Positions 7,936-17,493 of a DNA stretch of 22,357 nucleotides are shown piece by piece. The notes under the pieces were generated by a model. It worked only from the letters and a program-made list of their open reading frames with translations, was not told the origin of the DNA and did no database searches. This DNA is from a virus. Location of the stretch: UHGV virus genome UHGV-0078062. One strand, written 5' to 3'. The position numbers and the translations under genes were made by a program. The first letter of the stretch is position 1; each line of letters opens with the position of its first letter.

Positions 7936-9189
7936 ATGGCTAACCAATTAGCAAAAGACCTTGAAATCATGTTCGAAAACTACGTTGAAGGCTTTGAGGC
8001 CGCCTGCGTAGTTTCCCGTAACGCTAAAAAATTCCGTCCCGGTGATACAGCAATGCAGCGAGCAGGTGATGTTCTGTATCGTCCGCAGCATTACCACATG
8101 AACATTGAGGAAGGCCTAGACCTCAGCGGCAAAACGCCAACAGCACTGGTTCAGCGCCTTGTTCCTTCTGTGTTCAAGGAGCCGAAAAACATTCTGTACA
8201 CTCTGGATGCGCGTGAAATGCGTGACCCGGAACATAAAACTGAAGCTGGTCGCGCCGCAGGTATGCGCCTTGCTGCACAGATTGACTCTGACCTGATTTC
8301 CATGGTTACGCAGCGTGCTACTAACGTGATCACGATGGCTGACTCAACCACAGGTTCACAGGGCCGTGATTTGTGGAACTGTGCGGCAGGTATTGATGCC
8401 ACCATGACGGCGATTGGTGTACCTCAGGGTATCAACCGTCGCTCTTTCTGGAACCCCTTCAACTACAAAGACCTTGCTGGCGAGCTTGGTCACCGTGCCT
8501 ATGCTCAGGGCGCAACCCTGACAGCATACGAAAAAGCGCAAATCCCTCCGGTTGCGTCCTTCGATAGCTACAAGACCGATATTTCTGGTCGTGTTCCGAA
8601 GGGTACAGCAACTTCCATTACGCTGGCAGCAGCACCTGCGCACAAGGTTGAAGCGAAAGATGCTAACGATATGCCAGTGGATAACCGACAGGGGACCATT
8701 ACGGTATCTGCTGAAGGTTTGCAGGTTGGCGATGCGTTTACCATCGCAGGGGTGAATTCTGTACACCAGATCACCAAAGATACCACCGGGCAGCCGCAGG
8801 TATTCCGCGTTCTGGCAGTAAGCGGAACGACAGTAACTATCTCCCCGAAAATTCTGCCGCCTGACAACGCGGATGTCGCCAGCCGACCATATGCAAACGT
8901 TGATGCTAATGCGGCAAGTAGCGCAGCAATCACCATTCTCAACAAAAATGCCGCACCGGCTAACCTGTTCTGGGCTGATGGTTCTGTTGAACTGATGTAC
9001 GGCAAGCTGGCGTTCCCAACTGGTCAGGGTCCACAGGTAATGACAGCAACCACCGAGCAGGGCGCTACGCTGATCATGTCTTACGCCTTCGACCACATCA
9101 AAGGTGTAACCACAGCTCGTTTCACCACTCTGTACGGTTGCTCGGTACTGGTTCCTGAATATACGGGCATCGTTATTGCCGGGCAGTAA
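7936..9189 (+). CDS. Major capsid (coat) protein, P22 gp5-like HK97 fold
   Basis: 417 aa; segments (AKKFRPGDTAMQRAG; SRPYANVDANAASSAAITILNKNAAPANLFWADGSVEL) parallel recalled P22 coat sequence; followed by a strong terminator. Confidence 0.9.
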   Translation: MANQLAKDLEIMFENYVEGFEAACVVSRNAKKFRPGDTAMQRAGDVLYRPQHYHMNIEEGLDLSGKTPTALVQRLVPSVFKEPKNILYTLDAREMRDPEHKTEAGRAAGMRLAAQIDSDLISMVTQRATNVITMADSTTGSQGRDLWNCAAGIDATMTAIGVPQGINRRSFWNPFNYKDLAGELGHRAYAQGATLTAYEKAQIPPVASFDSYKTDISGRVPKGTATSITLAAAPAHKVEAKDANDMPVDNRQGTITVSAEGLQVGDAFTIAGVNSVHQITKDTTGQPQVFRVLAVSGTTVTISPKILPPDNADVASRPYANVDANAASSAAITILNKNAAPANLFWADGSVELMYGKLAFPTGQGPQVMTATTEQGATLIMSYAFDHIKGVTTARFTTLYGCSVLVPEYTGIVIAGQ

Positions 9190-9196
9190 TTTAGGT

Positions 9197-9219
9197 GGGG
9201 CTTCGGCCCCATTTTTATT
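9197..9219 (+). terminator. Rho-independent terminator after the coat gene (GGGGC-UUCG-GCCCC plus U-tract)
   Basis: Perfect 5-bp GC stem with TTCG tetraloop at 9197-9210 followed by ATTTTTATT. Confidence 0.65.
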
Positions 9220-9230
9220 GGGAGAAGACA

Positions 9231-9419
9231 ATGGCACGAACAATGCTCTATAAGCCGGGCAACATGATCACCTGTGGTCAGTTTGCTGTCGATTACATCA
9301 TTGTTGATGACGAAGAAGTTAAATCTCACCTGAAAAAAGGCTGGGTAAAAACTCCTGAAGAAACCGCAACGAAGCAAAAAGTGGCTAAGGCGGAAGAAGA
9401 TGGCGAAAACGAAGGGTGA
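9231..9419 (+). CDS. Hypothetical small protein (62 aa) between coat and gp4-like gene
   Basis: ATG 9231 with GGAG SD 6 nt upstream, directly after the coat terminator; the ORF-track start at 9195 lies inside the terminator hairpin and is rejected; 3' end overlaps the next gene by 20 nt. Confidence 0.5.
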   Translation: MARTMLYKPGNMITCGQFAVDYIIVDDEEVKSHLKKGWVKTPEETATKQKVAKAEEDGENEG

Positions 9420-9861
9420 TCTCGTTCTTAAGGCTTTACGAAAAGCCGGGCTGTATTCCAATGCCACGTTGACAGATGCCGACCCTCAGGCAATTGAAGA
9501 TGCCATTAATGACCTCGAAGACATGATGGCAGCATGGCAGGCGAAAGGTATCGAGCTTGGATATCAGTTTGCGGATACAGAAAACGGCATCATGCCGTTA
9601 CCTGACGATGATTCAGGTATCCCTGCATGGGCAAATGATGGCGTCGCTTTGAAGCTCGCTGTGCAAGTGTGCATGGATAACGTCATTCAGCCGTCGGATG
9701 CTCTCCTGACCGCTGCTGACAGTGCATATCAGACAATCTGTATCGCTTTAACCAAAATACCACCACTTGAGCGACGAAATGACATGCCTCGCGGTAGTGG
9801 TAACAAAAGCGCGTTTACGTGGAATCGGTTTTACATCGAGAAAGATGATCCGAGTACGTGA
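9400..9861 (+). CDS. Head completion / tail accessory factor (P22 gp4-like)
   Basis: 153 aa; N-terminus TKGDLVLKALRKAGLYSNATLTDADPQAIEDAINDLEDMMAAW parallels recalled P22 gp4. Confidence 0.85.
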   Translation: MAKTKGDLVLKALRKAGLYSNATLTDADPQAIEDAINDLEDMMAAWQAKGIELGYQFADTENGIMPLPDDDSGIPAWANDGVALKLAVQVCMDNVIQPSDALLTAADSAYQTICIALTKIPPLERRNDMPRGSGNKSAFTWNRFYIEKDDPST

Positions 9862-9870
9862 GGTGAATAA

Positions 9871-11289
9871 ATGCCGATTCAGCAACTTCCGCTTATGAAA
9901 GGTGTCGGCAAAGACTTTCGAAACGCCGACTATATCGACTATCTGCCAGTGAATATGCTGGCAACCCCCAAAGAAATCCTTAACAGCAGCGGATATCTTC
10001 GCTCATTCCCGGGCATTGCCAAACGTTCTGATGTGAACGGTGTATCTCGCGGCGTTGAGTACAACATGGCGCAGAATGCTGTTTATCGCGTATGTGGTGG
10101 CAAGCTGTATAAGGGCGAAAGTGAAGTCGGTGATGTTGCCGGAAGTGGTCGTGTATCAATGGCGCATGGTCGCACATCTCAGGCGGTAGGCGTTAATGGT
10201 CAACTGGTCGAGTATCGCTATGATGGCACGGTTAAAACCGTCTCAAACTGGCCTACAGACAGCGGATTCACGCAGTATGAGTTAGGCTCAGTCCGCGACA
10301 TTACACGCTTACGTGGGCGTTATGCGTGGTCAAAAGACGGCACTGATTCATGGTTTATCACTGACCTTGAAGACGAATCGCATCCTGACCGTTACAGCGC
10401 ACAATATCGCGCAGAATCGCAGCCGGACGGCATCATCGGTATCGGCACATGGCGAGACTTCATCGTCTGCTTTGGTTCATCGACGATTGAATATTTTTCC
10501 TTGACTGGTGCAACCACTGTTGGTGCCGCTTTGTATGTCGCCCAGCCATCGTTGATGGTGCAAAAAGGAATAGCCGGAACCTACTGCAAAACGCCGTTTG
10601 CTGATTCGTATGCGTTCATCAGCAATCCGGCAACAGGTGCGCCGTCTGTGTATATCATCGGCTCTGGTCAGGTATCACCAATCGCCAGCGCGAGCATTGA
10701 GAAAATACTACGCTCCTACACTGCTGATGAACTGGCTGATGGCGTGATGGAGTCTCTGCGATTTGATGCGCATGAGTTGCTGATTATCCATCTTCCGCGC
10801 CACGTACTCGTGTACGACGCATCTTCAAGCGCCAATGGTCCGCAATGGTGTGTGCTGAAAACAGGCTTATATGACGATGTGTACCGCGCTATTGACTTCA
10901 TTTACGAAGGAAATCAGATAACGTGCGGCGATAAGCTGGAATCGGTTACCGGGAAATTGCAGTTCGATATCAGCAGTCAGTATGGGCTTCAACAGGAACA
11001 CCTGCTGTTTACTCCGTTGTTCAAAGCGGATAACGCCAGAGTGTTCGATCTTGAGGTTGAATCGTCAACTGGCGTTGCGCAGTACGCCGACCGCCTGTTC
11101 CTCTCTGCAACCACTGACGGCATAAATTACGGACGTGAGCAGATGATTGAACAGAATGAACCGTTCGTTTACGACAAACGTGTTTTGTGGAAGCGAGTCG
11201 GGCGCATCAGGAAAAATTTCGGCTTCAAATTGCGCGTTATCACGAAGTCACCTGTCACTCTGTCAGGCTGCCAGATAAGGATTGAGTAA
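9871..11289 (+). CDS. Tail accessory factor (P22 gp10-like)
   Basis: 472 aa, same length as P22 gp10 as recalled, and in the same gene position; GAGGTG SD upstream. Confidence 0.8.
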   Translation: MPIQQLPLMKGVGKDFRNADYIDYLPVNMLATPKEILNSSGYLRSFPGIAKRSDVNGVSRGVEYNMAQNAVYRVCGGKLYKGESEVGDVAGSGRVSMAHGRTSQAVGVNGQLVEYRYDGTVKTVSNWPTDSGFTQYELGSVRDITRLRGRYAWSKDGTDSWFITDLEDESHPDRYSAQYRAESQPDGIIGIGTWRDFIVCFGSSTIEYFSLTGATTVGAALYVAQPSLMVQKGIAGTYCKTPFADSYAFISNPATGAPSVYIIGSGQVSPIASASIEKILRSYTADELADGVMESLRFDAHELLIIHLPRHVLVYDASSSANGPQWCVLKTGLYDDVYRAIDFIYEGNQITCGDKLESVTGKLQFDISSQYGLQQEHLLFTPLFKADNARVFDLEVESSTGVAQYADRLFLSATTDGINYGREQMIEQNEPFVYDKRVLWKRVGRIRKNFGFKLRVITKSPVTLSGCQIRIE

Positions 11290-12137
11290 TGGCTGATTCG
11301 AATCTCAATGTGCCGGTAATCATTCAGGCTACACGGCTCGACACATCAGTCCTTCCACGCAATATCTTCTCGCAGTCGTATCTGCTTTACGTTATCGCAC
11401 AGGGTACTGATGTTGGTAACGTGGCTAACAAGGCCAACGAGGCCGGACAGGGCGCTTATGATGCACAAGTCAGGAACGATGAGCAGGATGTGATTCTCGC
11501 TGATCATGAGCAGCGAATTTCTGCTGCGGAAGCAACGCTTGTTAATCATGAGGAGCGAATCAGCCAGGCAGAATCAACTCTTCAGGAACATGAAACACGA
11601 ATCACTCAGAATGAAAGCGATATTGCGTCGCTTGATACCAGAGTTCAGTCGCTGGAGTCGCAGGTTTCAGACCATGAAACGCGCATTGATGCTCTGGAGT
11701 ATGCAACCACACGCAAGAAGTCAGAGGTTGTTTACTCTGGCGTATCAGTAACCATCCCGACAGCGCCGACCAACCTTGTTAGCCTGCTGAAAACGCTCAC
11801 GCCGTCATCCGGGACGTTGGCACCATTCTTCGACACTGTTAACAACAAGATGGTTGTGTTCAACGAGAACAAAACCTTGTTCTTCAAGCTGTCGATCGTC
11901 GGGACGTGGCCCAGCGGAACCGCCAACAGGTCAATGCAGCTAACCTTTTCCGGCTCTGTTCCTGATACGCTGGTCAGCAGTCGTAATGCGGCGACAACAA
12001 ACGACAACATCCTGTTAGCTACATTCTTCAGCGTGGATAAAGACGGATTTCTTGCCACAAATGGCAGTACGTTAACCATTCAGTCGTATGGTGCGGCGTT
12101 TACTGCCACAACCATCAAGATAATCGCGGAGCAGTGA
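11289..12137 (+). CDS. Tail needle (P22 gp26-like) with C-terminal knob extension
   Basis: 282 aa; N-terminus [43 protein letters not shown] close to recalled gp26; heptad coiled-coil repeats ([43 protein letters not shown]...); longer than P22 gp26, consistent with an Sf6/HK620-type knob. Confidence 0.9.
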   Translation: MADSNLNVPVIIQATRLDTSVLPRNIFSQSYLLYVIAQGTDVGNVANKANEAGQGAYDAQVRNDEQDVILADHEQRISAAEATLVNHEERISQAESTLQEHETRITQNESDIASLDTRVQSLESQVSDHETRIDALEYATTRKKSEVVYSGVSVTIPTAPTNLVSLLKTLTPSSGTLAPFFDTVNNKMVVFNENKTLFFKLSIVGTWPSGTANRSMQLTFSGSVPDTLVSSRNAATTNDNILLATFFSVDKDGFLATNGSTLTIQSYGAAFTATTIKIIAEQ

Positions 12138-12592
12138 TGATTCAGTTCAAACCAACGCGAAACATCGACCTGATCGAAGCAGTCGGAAATCACCCTGACA
12201 TTATTGCCGGAAGCAACAATGGTGATGGATACGATTACAAGCCTGAATGCCGTTACTTTGAGGTTAACGTGCACGGTCAGTTTGGCGGCATTGTTTACTA
12301 TCAGGAGATTCAGCCGTTGGCATTCGATTGCCACGCCATGTACCTGCCAGAGATTCGCGGCTTCAGCAAGGAAATCGGGCTGGCGTTCTGGCGATACATT
12401 CTGACTAACACCACCGTTCAGTGCGTCACATCGTTCGCCGCACGCAAATTCCGCCACGGGCAGATTTACTGCGCAATGATTGGCCTTAAGCGTGTCGGAA
12501 CCATCAAGAAATACTTTAAAGGCGTGGATGACGTGACTTTTTACAGCGCCACACGCGAAGAACTAATCGACTTCCTGAATCACGGGAGATAG
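12134..12592 (+). CDS. Virion/assembly protein in the P22 gp14 position (function unclear)
   Basis: 152-aa ORF overlapping the needle stop (ATGA) and abutting the ejection-protein genes; assignment by synteny only. Confidence 0.55.
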   Translation: MMIQFKPTRNIDLIEAVGNHPDIIAGSNNGDGYDYKPECRYFEVNVHGQFGGIVYYQEIQPLAFDCHAMYLPEIRGFSKEIGLAFWRYILTNTTVQCVTSFAARKFRHGQIYCAMIGLKRVGTIKKYFKGVDDVTFYSATREELIDFLNHGR

Positions 12593-12594
12593 CC

Positions 12595-13287
12595 ATGTTA
12601 TATGCATTTAAGCTGGGCAGAAAACTGCGCGGCGAGGAACCTTATTGCCCTGAAAAAGGCGGGAAAGGTGGCAGTTCTGATAAAAGCGCAAAGTATGCCG
12701 CAGAAGCCCAGAAGTATGCAGCAGACCTGCAAAATCAGCAGTGGCAGACGATCATGAAAAACCTTGCTCCGTTCACGCCTCTTGCGGAGCAGTATGTTAA
12801 CCAGTTGCAGAATCTTTCCAGTTTAGAAGGTCAGGGGCAGGCACTTAATCAGTATTACAACTCTCAGCAGTATAAAGACCTTGCAGGTCAGGCGCGTTAC
12901 CAGAGTCTTGCTGCTGCGGAGGCGACGGGTGGACTTGGTTCGACAGCCACAAGCAATCAACTGGCTACGATCGCGCCGACACTCGGTCAGTCTTGGTTAT
13001 CAAACCAGATGAGCAATTACAACAATCTGGCAAACGTTGGGCTTGGTGCGCTGCAAGGTCAGGCAAACGCCGGGCAGACGTACGCCAACAACATGAGCAG
13101 CATTGCACAGCAAAGCGCAGCACTTGCCGCTGCTAATGCCAATAAACCATCAAGTCTTCAGACTGCAATTAGCGGTGGCACGTCTGGTGCGATTGCCGGT
13201 GCAGGTCTTGCCAGCCTTTTGGGAACATCAACGCCTTGGGGCGCTGGCATTGGTGCTGGTATCGGATTGCTTGGCTCGTTGTTTTAA
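12595..13287 (+). CDS. Ejection (internal virion) protein, P22 gp7-like
   Basis: 230 aa (P22 gp7 is 229 aa as recalled); N-terminus MLYAFKLGRKLRGEEPYCPEKGGKGG; Gly/Ala-rich C-terminus; syntenic. Confidence 0.75.
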   Translation: MLYAFKLGRKLRGEEPYCPEKGGKGGSSDKSAKYAAEAQKYAADLQNQQWQTIMKNLAPFTPLAEQYVNQLQNLSSLEGQGQALNQYYNSQQYKDLAGQARYQSLAAAEATGGLGSTATSNQLATIAPTLGQSWLSNQMSNYNNLANVGLGALQGQANAGQTYANNMSSIAQQSAALAAANANKPSSLQTAISGGTSGAIAGAGLASLLGTSTPWGAGIGAGIGLLGSLF

Positions 13288-13296
13288 GGGGTAATC

Positions 13297-14628
13297 ATGG
13301 CTACTTGGCAAGGAACAAACGGCGGATTGTTGGCTGGTATCGGCGGCGTCAACTCAAACGCTCCGAGCGTAAATGACATCGGCAATACGCTTCAGCTTAT
13401 CAGGCAGAACAATGATATTGAGCGTTCAGGCGCTAACAATGTTGGGCTGACTGCTTTGCAAGGCCTTTCAGGTATTGCGGGGGTGTTTCAGCAGGAAAAG
13501 CAGGCTCAGCGGCAGAAAGAATTTCAGCAGGCATACGCTAATGCTTATGCGTCTGGTGATCGCGGTGCTTTGCGTCAGTTGGCTACTCAATATCCAGAAC
13601 AGATTGAATCCGTTCGTAAAGGCATGGGATTCATTGATGAAGATCAGCGTAATTCTATCGGCACCTTAGCGGCTGGCGCACGCCTTGCGTCATCGTCTCC
13701 AGAAGCAATGCAATCATGGCTGCAAAACAACGCCGGTGAGTTAGCTCGTGTTGGCGTTAATCCTCAGGACGTCGCTCAGATGTACCAACAGAACCCGCGG
13801 CAGTTCGGCGAATTTGTCGATCACCTGGGGATGAACAGTCTCGGACCCGAAAAATACTTTGACCTACAGGATAAAATGCAGGGTCGCCAGGTTACCATGC
13901 GCGGTCAGGATCTGGATTCGCAAACCGCCGCTCGGAATCAGGCAATCACAATGCGCGGGCAAGATATCCAGGCGAATTTAGGTCAGCAGCGCATTAATCT
14001 GGACGCAGAAACAAACCGCATTAACAACGAAAATAAGCGCCTTGACCGGATGCTATCAGCAGAAACTAACGACCTGAAGCGCCAGGAAATACAGAGCCGC
14101 ATAGCAGCCAACAACCAGCAGTTGCAGCAGAAGCAGCAAGCGCTAAATGATGGCTACAAAGACGGCATCAACACCCTCACAACCAGCATGTTCACTCTGA
14201 ACGATATCGTTAGTTCTCCTTCACTTAAGAGCATTACAGGCTTACGTGGAGTAATCCCCAACGTTCCAGGCTCACAGGCTGCAGACACTCAGGCACGACT
14301 TGATACCTTTAAATCCCAAGCATACCTGACAGCGGTTCAGGCCATGCGAGGCATGGGCGCACTTTCTGATGCCGAGGGCAAAAAGCTCGACCAGGCTGTT
14401 GGTTCGCTGCAGAACTCGCAGAGCGAGGAGTCCTTTCGTCGCAACGCTGGCGTCATCCTGAACACGCTCAACCAGAAGCGTAATGAGGCGGTTGGTAAGT
14501 ACGTTCAGCAAAACGGTATCAAGCGAGTGGAAGCGCCTCAGGCTTCTATAGATTACCTGAAGCAGCACCCCGAGCTGTCAATCGACTTCATTAATCGCTA
14601 CGGATATCTTCCATCTTTGGGGCAGTAA
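13297..14628 (+). CDS. Ejection protein, P22 gp20-like
   Basis: 443 aa, Gln-rich helical protein in the gp20 position. Confidence 0.7.
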   Translation: MATWQGTNGGLLAGIGGVNSNAPSVNDIGNTLQLIRQNNDIERSGANNVGLTALQGLSGIAGVFQQEKQAQRQKEFQQAYANAYASGDRGALRQLATQYPEQIESVRKGMGFIDEDQRNSIGTLAAGARLASSSPEAMQSWLQNNAGELARVGVNPQDVAQMYQQNPRQFGEFVDHLGMNSLGPEKYFDLQDKMQGRQVTMRGQDLDSQTAARNQAITMRGQDIQANLGQQRINLDAETNRINNENKRLDRMLSAETNDLKRQEIQSRIAANNQQLQQKQQALNDGYKDGINTLTTSMFTLNDIVSSPSLKSITGLRGVIPNVPGSQAADTQARLDTFKSQAYLTAVQAMRGMGALSDAEGKKLDQAVGSLQNSQSEESFRRNAGVILNTLNQKRNEAVGKYVQQNGIKRVEAPQASIDYLKQHPELSIDFINRYGYLPSLGQ

Positions 14629-17022
14629 ATGGCTAATTACCGTGATTTGTTAGAGCAGGCTGGCGCACGTTACGGTGTGCCAGAAGGGTTGATGACTGCA
14701 CTGGGTGCCAAGGAGTCTTCTTACAACCCTGCCGCAGTAAGCTCCGCCGGGGCTGTAGGATTGACTCAGGTCATGCCTGGGACATGGCGTGATATGGGTT
14801 ATACCGATGAGCAAATGCAAAACCCCGAATATCAGGCTGACGCTGGCGCGCGCTATCTGGCAAAGATGTACCAGCAGTTTGGTAACTGGCGTGACGCTCT
14901 TCAGGCTTATCACGACGGTCCCGGCAACGTTATGAAGGCAAAGCGTGGTGAATATACGCCAGGACCTGAAGGCCGCGGTTACGTTGATGATCGCTTTGCT
15001 CAATGGGCGGGTGACCCGGTGACAGACTCAACAGTCGAACAGCGCGCCACCTCTGCAAAGGTACATCCTCAGCAAGACCCTAACAACCCGTTTGCACAAC
15101 TGGAAGTACAGTCATCCGAACAAGTATCGGCATCAGGTGTGCAGTCAGACCCAAATAATCCATTTGCTCAGATTGAGCAGCAGGCAGCCAGTCAGCAGCC
15201 ACCTCAACCCGTAAGTTCTGTCGCACCGAAACCTGTTCAGCAGCAAGGCGGAATAATGTCTGACCTTGGTAATGGACTTGCTGAAACCGGGCGCGGCATA
15301 CTACAGGCAGGAATCAACGTAGCGAACATACCTGCTGAACTCACTGATGCTGTAACAAGCGCGGCGGCTTGGGCTGGCGGTAAACTCGGCATTGGCGATG
15401 GTACATATCAACCAGCACCACGAGTAACAACGCAGGGATTAGAGCGGGACTTTGGCCTTCGGCAAGGCGCGCTGACTCCACAAACGACAGAGGGAAGGGT
15501 ATTTGCTGAAGCATTGCCTTACCTTACTCCTGCTGGCGTTGAGAGAGCGGCAGCACAGGCACCAACACTTGCTGGTCGAATTGCTCAGGGGGCAACTCGC
15601 CTTCTAGCAGAAAACGCAGTTGGATCACTTGCTGCAAATAGTGCGAAAGATGATGCGGAAGCACTCGCCACCGATTTAGGCGTTGGTGTACTTGCTGGCG
15701 GTGCTATTAACGCTGCCGGACGTGGATTAGGTGCTGCTTATCGTGGCGTTCGTGGTGCTATCGCGCCAGAAGCACAGCAAGCTATCAGATTTGCAGAGCG
15801 TGAAGGAGTTCCTCTGCACACCACAGACCTGTTACAGCCTACTTCCCGCGTCGGAAAAATGGCGCAGACTACAGCAGAAAATATTCCTCTGGCTGGCACA
15901 AGCGGAATGAGAGCAACGCAACAGGAAGCGAGAAGCCAGTTGGTGCAGAGATTTGCTGATAAATTCGGTGAGTATGATCCATCTGTTGTTATTGACAGCC
16001 TTAAAGCGAAAACATCAGGAATTCGTCGTGCCGCCGGTAATCGACTGGAGCAGGTTCAGAATGCTATGGCTGGAGTAAACATTCAGCCTGCGCGAGCAAT
16101 TCAGCAGATTGATACAGAAATATCTAACCTGCAGAAGCTTGGTAAGGTTGCTGATAACGAGACTATTTCAAAACTTCAGTCATATCGTGATGAGCTTGTT
16201 CGCAATGCTGGTCCTGATGGTCCGGTAAATCTGGATTTGAAGCAATTAAGCGATCTGCGCAGCCAGTTCAGAATGGACGTGAAGGGTGAACGACCAGTGT
16301 TACCAAACCGTTCCGATGCTGCCATTCAGCGCGTTTACAAGGCGATGACAGACGATATCAATGGTGCCATTGGTCAGAATCTTGGCAACGATACTCTCCG
16401 TAAATATCAGCAGGCCAATGCCGTATACGCTGACGAAGCGGCGAAACTAAAGAATACCAGGCTGAAGAATGTTCTCATGAAAGGCGACCTGACGCCGGAA
16501 GTTGTCAACAACATGCTATTCAGCAAGAACAAATCGGAAATTAAGACGCTGTATAACTCAGTTGGTCGCGTTGGAAGAGCGCAAATGCGCAATGGCATCA
16601 TTGGAAAGGCGATAGAGAAATCAGGTGGTTCACCTGACCAGTTCCTTCGACAGCTTAACATCCTGCAAAACCAGACTGGCATCACATTTAAAGGTCAGGA
16701 AGCCGCTTATCTGAAAGGATTGAAAAACTACCTTCAGTCCACTCAGCAGGCAGCAAAAGCGGCAGTAACAACACCAACAGGGCAGCAAACCATCCCGTTC
16801 ATTATCGGATATGGGACGGCAATGAACCCGGCGACAACTGGCGCAGCAGTAAGCTACGGACTTCTTACTCGCGCCTATGAGAGCGAGCCATTCAGAAATG
16901 CAATGCTCCGAATGGCAAACACCCCACGCGGATCAACAGCGTTTGAGAAAGCCATGCAGCAGGCGCAAAAGGCCATTAACGCCCTTACTCAGGGTGCCAA
17001 GTCTGATGCGTTGTCAGAATAG
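14629..17022 (+). CDS. Ejection protein (gp16 position) with N-terminal lytic transglycosylase (SLT) domain
   Basis: 797 aa; N-terminus GLMTALGAKESSYNPAAVSSAGAVGLTQVMPGTW is a classic SLT family motif (catalytic ES, GLMQ-like and YN elements); tandem DPNNPFAQ repeats at about aa 150-185; Ala/Gly-rich middle. Confidence 0.8.
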   Translation: MANYRDLLEQAGARYGVPEGLMTALGAKESSYNPAAVSSAGAVGLTQVMPGTWRDMGYTDEQMQNPEYQADAGARYLAKMYQQFGNWRDALQAYHDGPGNVMKAKRGEYTPGPEGRGYVDDRFAQWAGDPVTDSTVEQRATSAKVHPQQDPNNPFAQLEVQSSEQVSASGVQSDPNNPFAQIEQQAASQQPPQPVSSVAPKPVQQQGGIMSDLGNGLAETGRGILQAGINVANIPAELTDAVTSAAAWAGGKLGIGDGTYQPAPRVTTQGLERDFGLRQGALTPQTTEGRVFAEALPYLTPAGVERAAAQAPTLAGRIAQGATRLLAENAVGSLAANSAKDDAEALATDLGVGVLAGGAINAAGRGLGAAYRGVRGAIAPEAQQAIRFAEREGVPLHTTDLLQPTSRVGKMAQTTAENIPLAGTSGMRATQQEARSQLVQRFADKFGEYDPSVVIDSLKAKTSGIRRAAGNRLEQVQNAMAGVNIQPARAIQQIDTEISNLQKLGKVADNETISKLQSYRDELVRNAGPDGPVNLDLKQLSDLRSQFRMDVKGERPVLPNRSDAAIQRVYKAMTDDINGAIGQNLGNDTLRKYQQANAVYADEAAKLKNTRLKNVLMKGDLTPEVVNNMLFSKNKSEIKTLYNSVGRVGRAQMRNGIIGKAIEKSGGSPDQFLRQLNILQNQTGITFKGQEAAYLKGLKNYLQSTQQAAKAAVTTPTGQQTIPFIIGYGTAMNPATTGAAVSYGLLTRAYESEPFRNAMLRMANTPRGSTAFEKAMQQAQKAINALTQGAKSDALSE

Positions 17023-17111
17023 CTTCGCAAACACCAGGAACGTGCAAAAACCAAATATGTAGAACGCAATGTTCAGCATATCTCTTTGCATAAATCCTCC
17101 GTAACTGATGG

Positions 17112-17372
17112 TTAGCTGCTGTCTTTTTTATATAGCTCCTTGAGCGTATCAAAGACAATTTTCTTAACCATATCAGATTGTTGTTCTGCCATACGCTCTG
17201 CATCGTCAATGTAAACAGATGCAGAGCTTTGTTTAGCCAATGATTCTTCAATCGCTGCAATTATCTCTGAGTTCAGCTACCTGTTATTCATCTTCGCACG
17301 CTGCTTAATTTTCGCGTGGAGTTCATGCGGAAGTCTCAAGTGAAACTGCGCCTCGTCGTATTTGCTGTACAT
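17112..17372 (-). pseudogene. mnt: mnt-like ribbon-helix-helix repressor gene interrupted by an in-frame amber codon (TAG at 17277-17279)
   Basis: Minus-strand translation from ATG 17372 gives MYSKYDEAQFHLRLPHELHAKIKQRAKMNNR-stop-LNSEIIAAIEESLAKQSSASVYIDDAERMAEQQSDMVKKIVFDTLKELYKKDSS; both halves parallel recalled P22 Mnt (FNFRMPMEVREKLKFRAEANGRSMNSELLQIV...NDAERLADEQSELVKKMVFDTLKDLYKK). The stop falls in the loop between RHH helices A and B. An upstream in-frame ATG at 17405 is an alternative start. Confidence 0.7.
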
Positions 17373-17493
17373 CCTTGATGCCTCACCAGTTGGGTGGAAT
17401 GGCATCGTAACCTACTGGATAAATACTCAATAGTACCATTTCGGTATGCAATCACATCATGGTTGCATCATATCATTCGTCTGGAGCAATGAA

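Noticed and set aside
8356-9243. 295-aa ORF on the minus strand, antisense to the coat gene
   Set aside because: It overlaps a strongly supported coat gene and its terminator, has no recognisable motifs and a Cys/Arg-rich composition typical of a spurious antisense frame.
16985-17260. 91-aa minus-strand ORF from the ORF track spanning the gp16-to-tailspike gap
   Set aside because: A different minus-strand frame over the same DNA gives a clearly recognisable Mnt-like repressor (with an amber stop); the 91-aa frame has no recognisable features.
17446-17493. ORF-track N-terminal extension of the tailspike ([16 protein letters not shown]...)
   Set aside because: The conserved tailspike N-terminus begins at MSDITANVV (ATG 17494) and has a GGAG SD 7 nt upstream; the extension has no SD and is not conserved.
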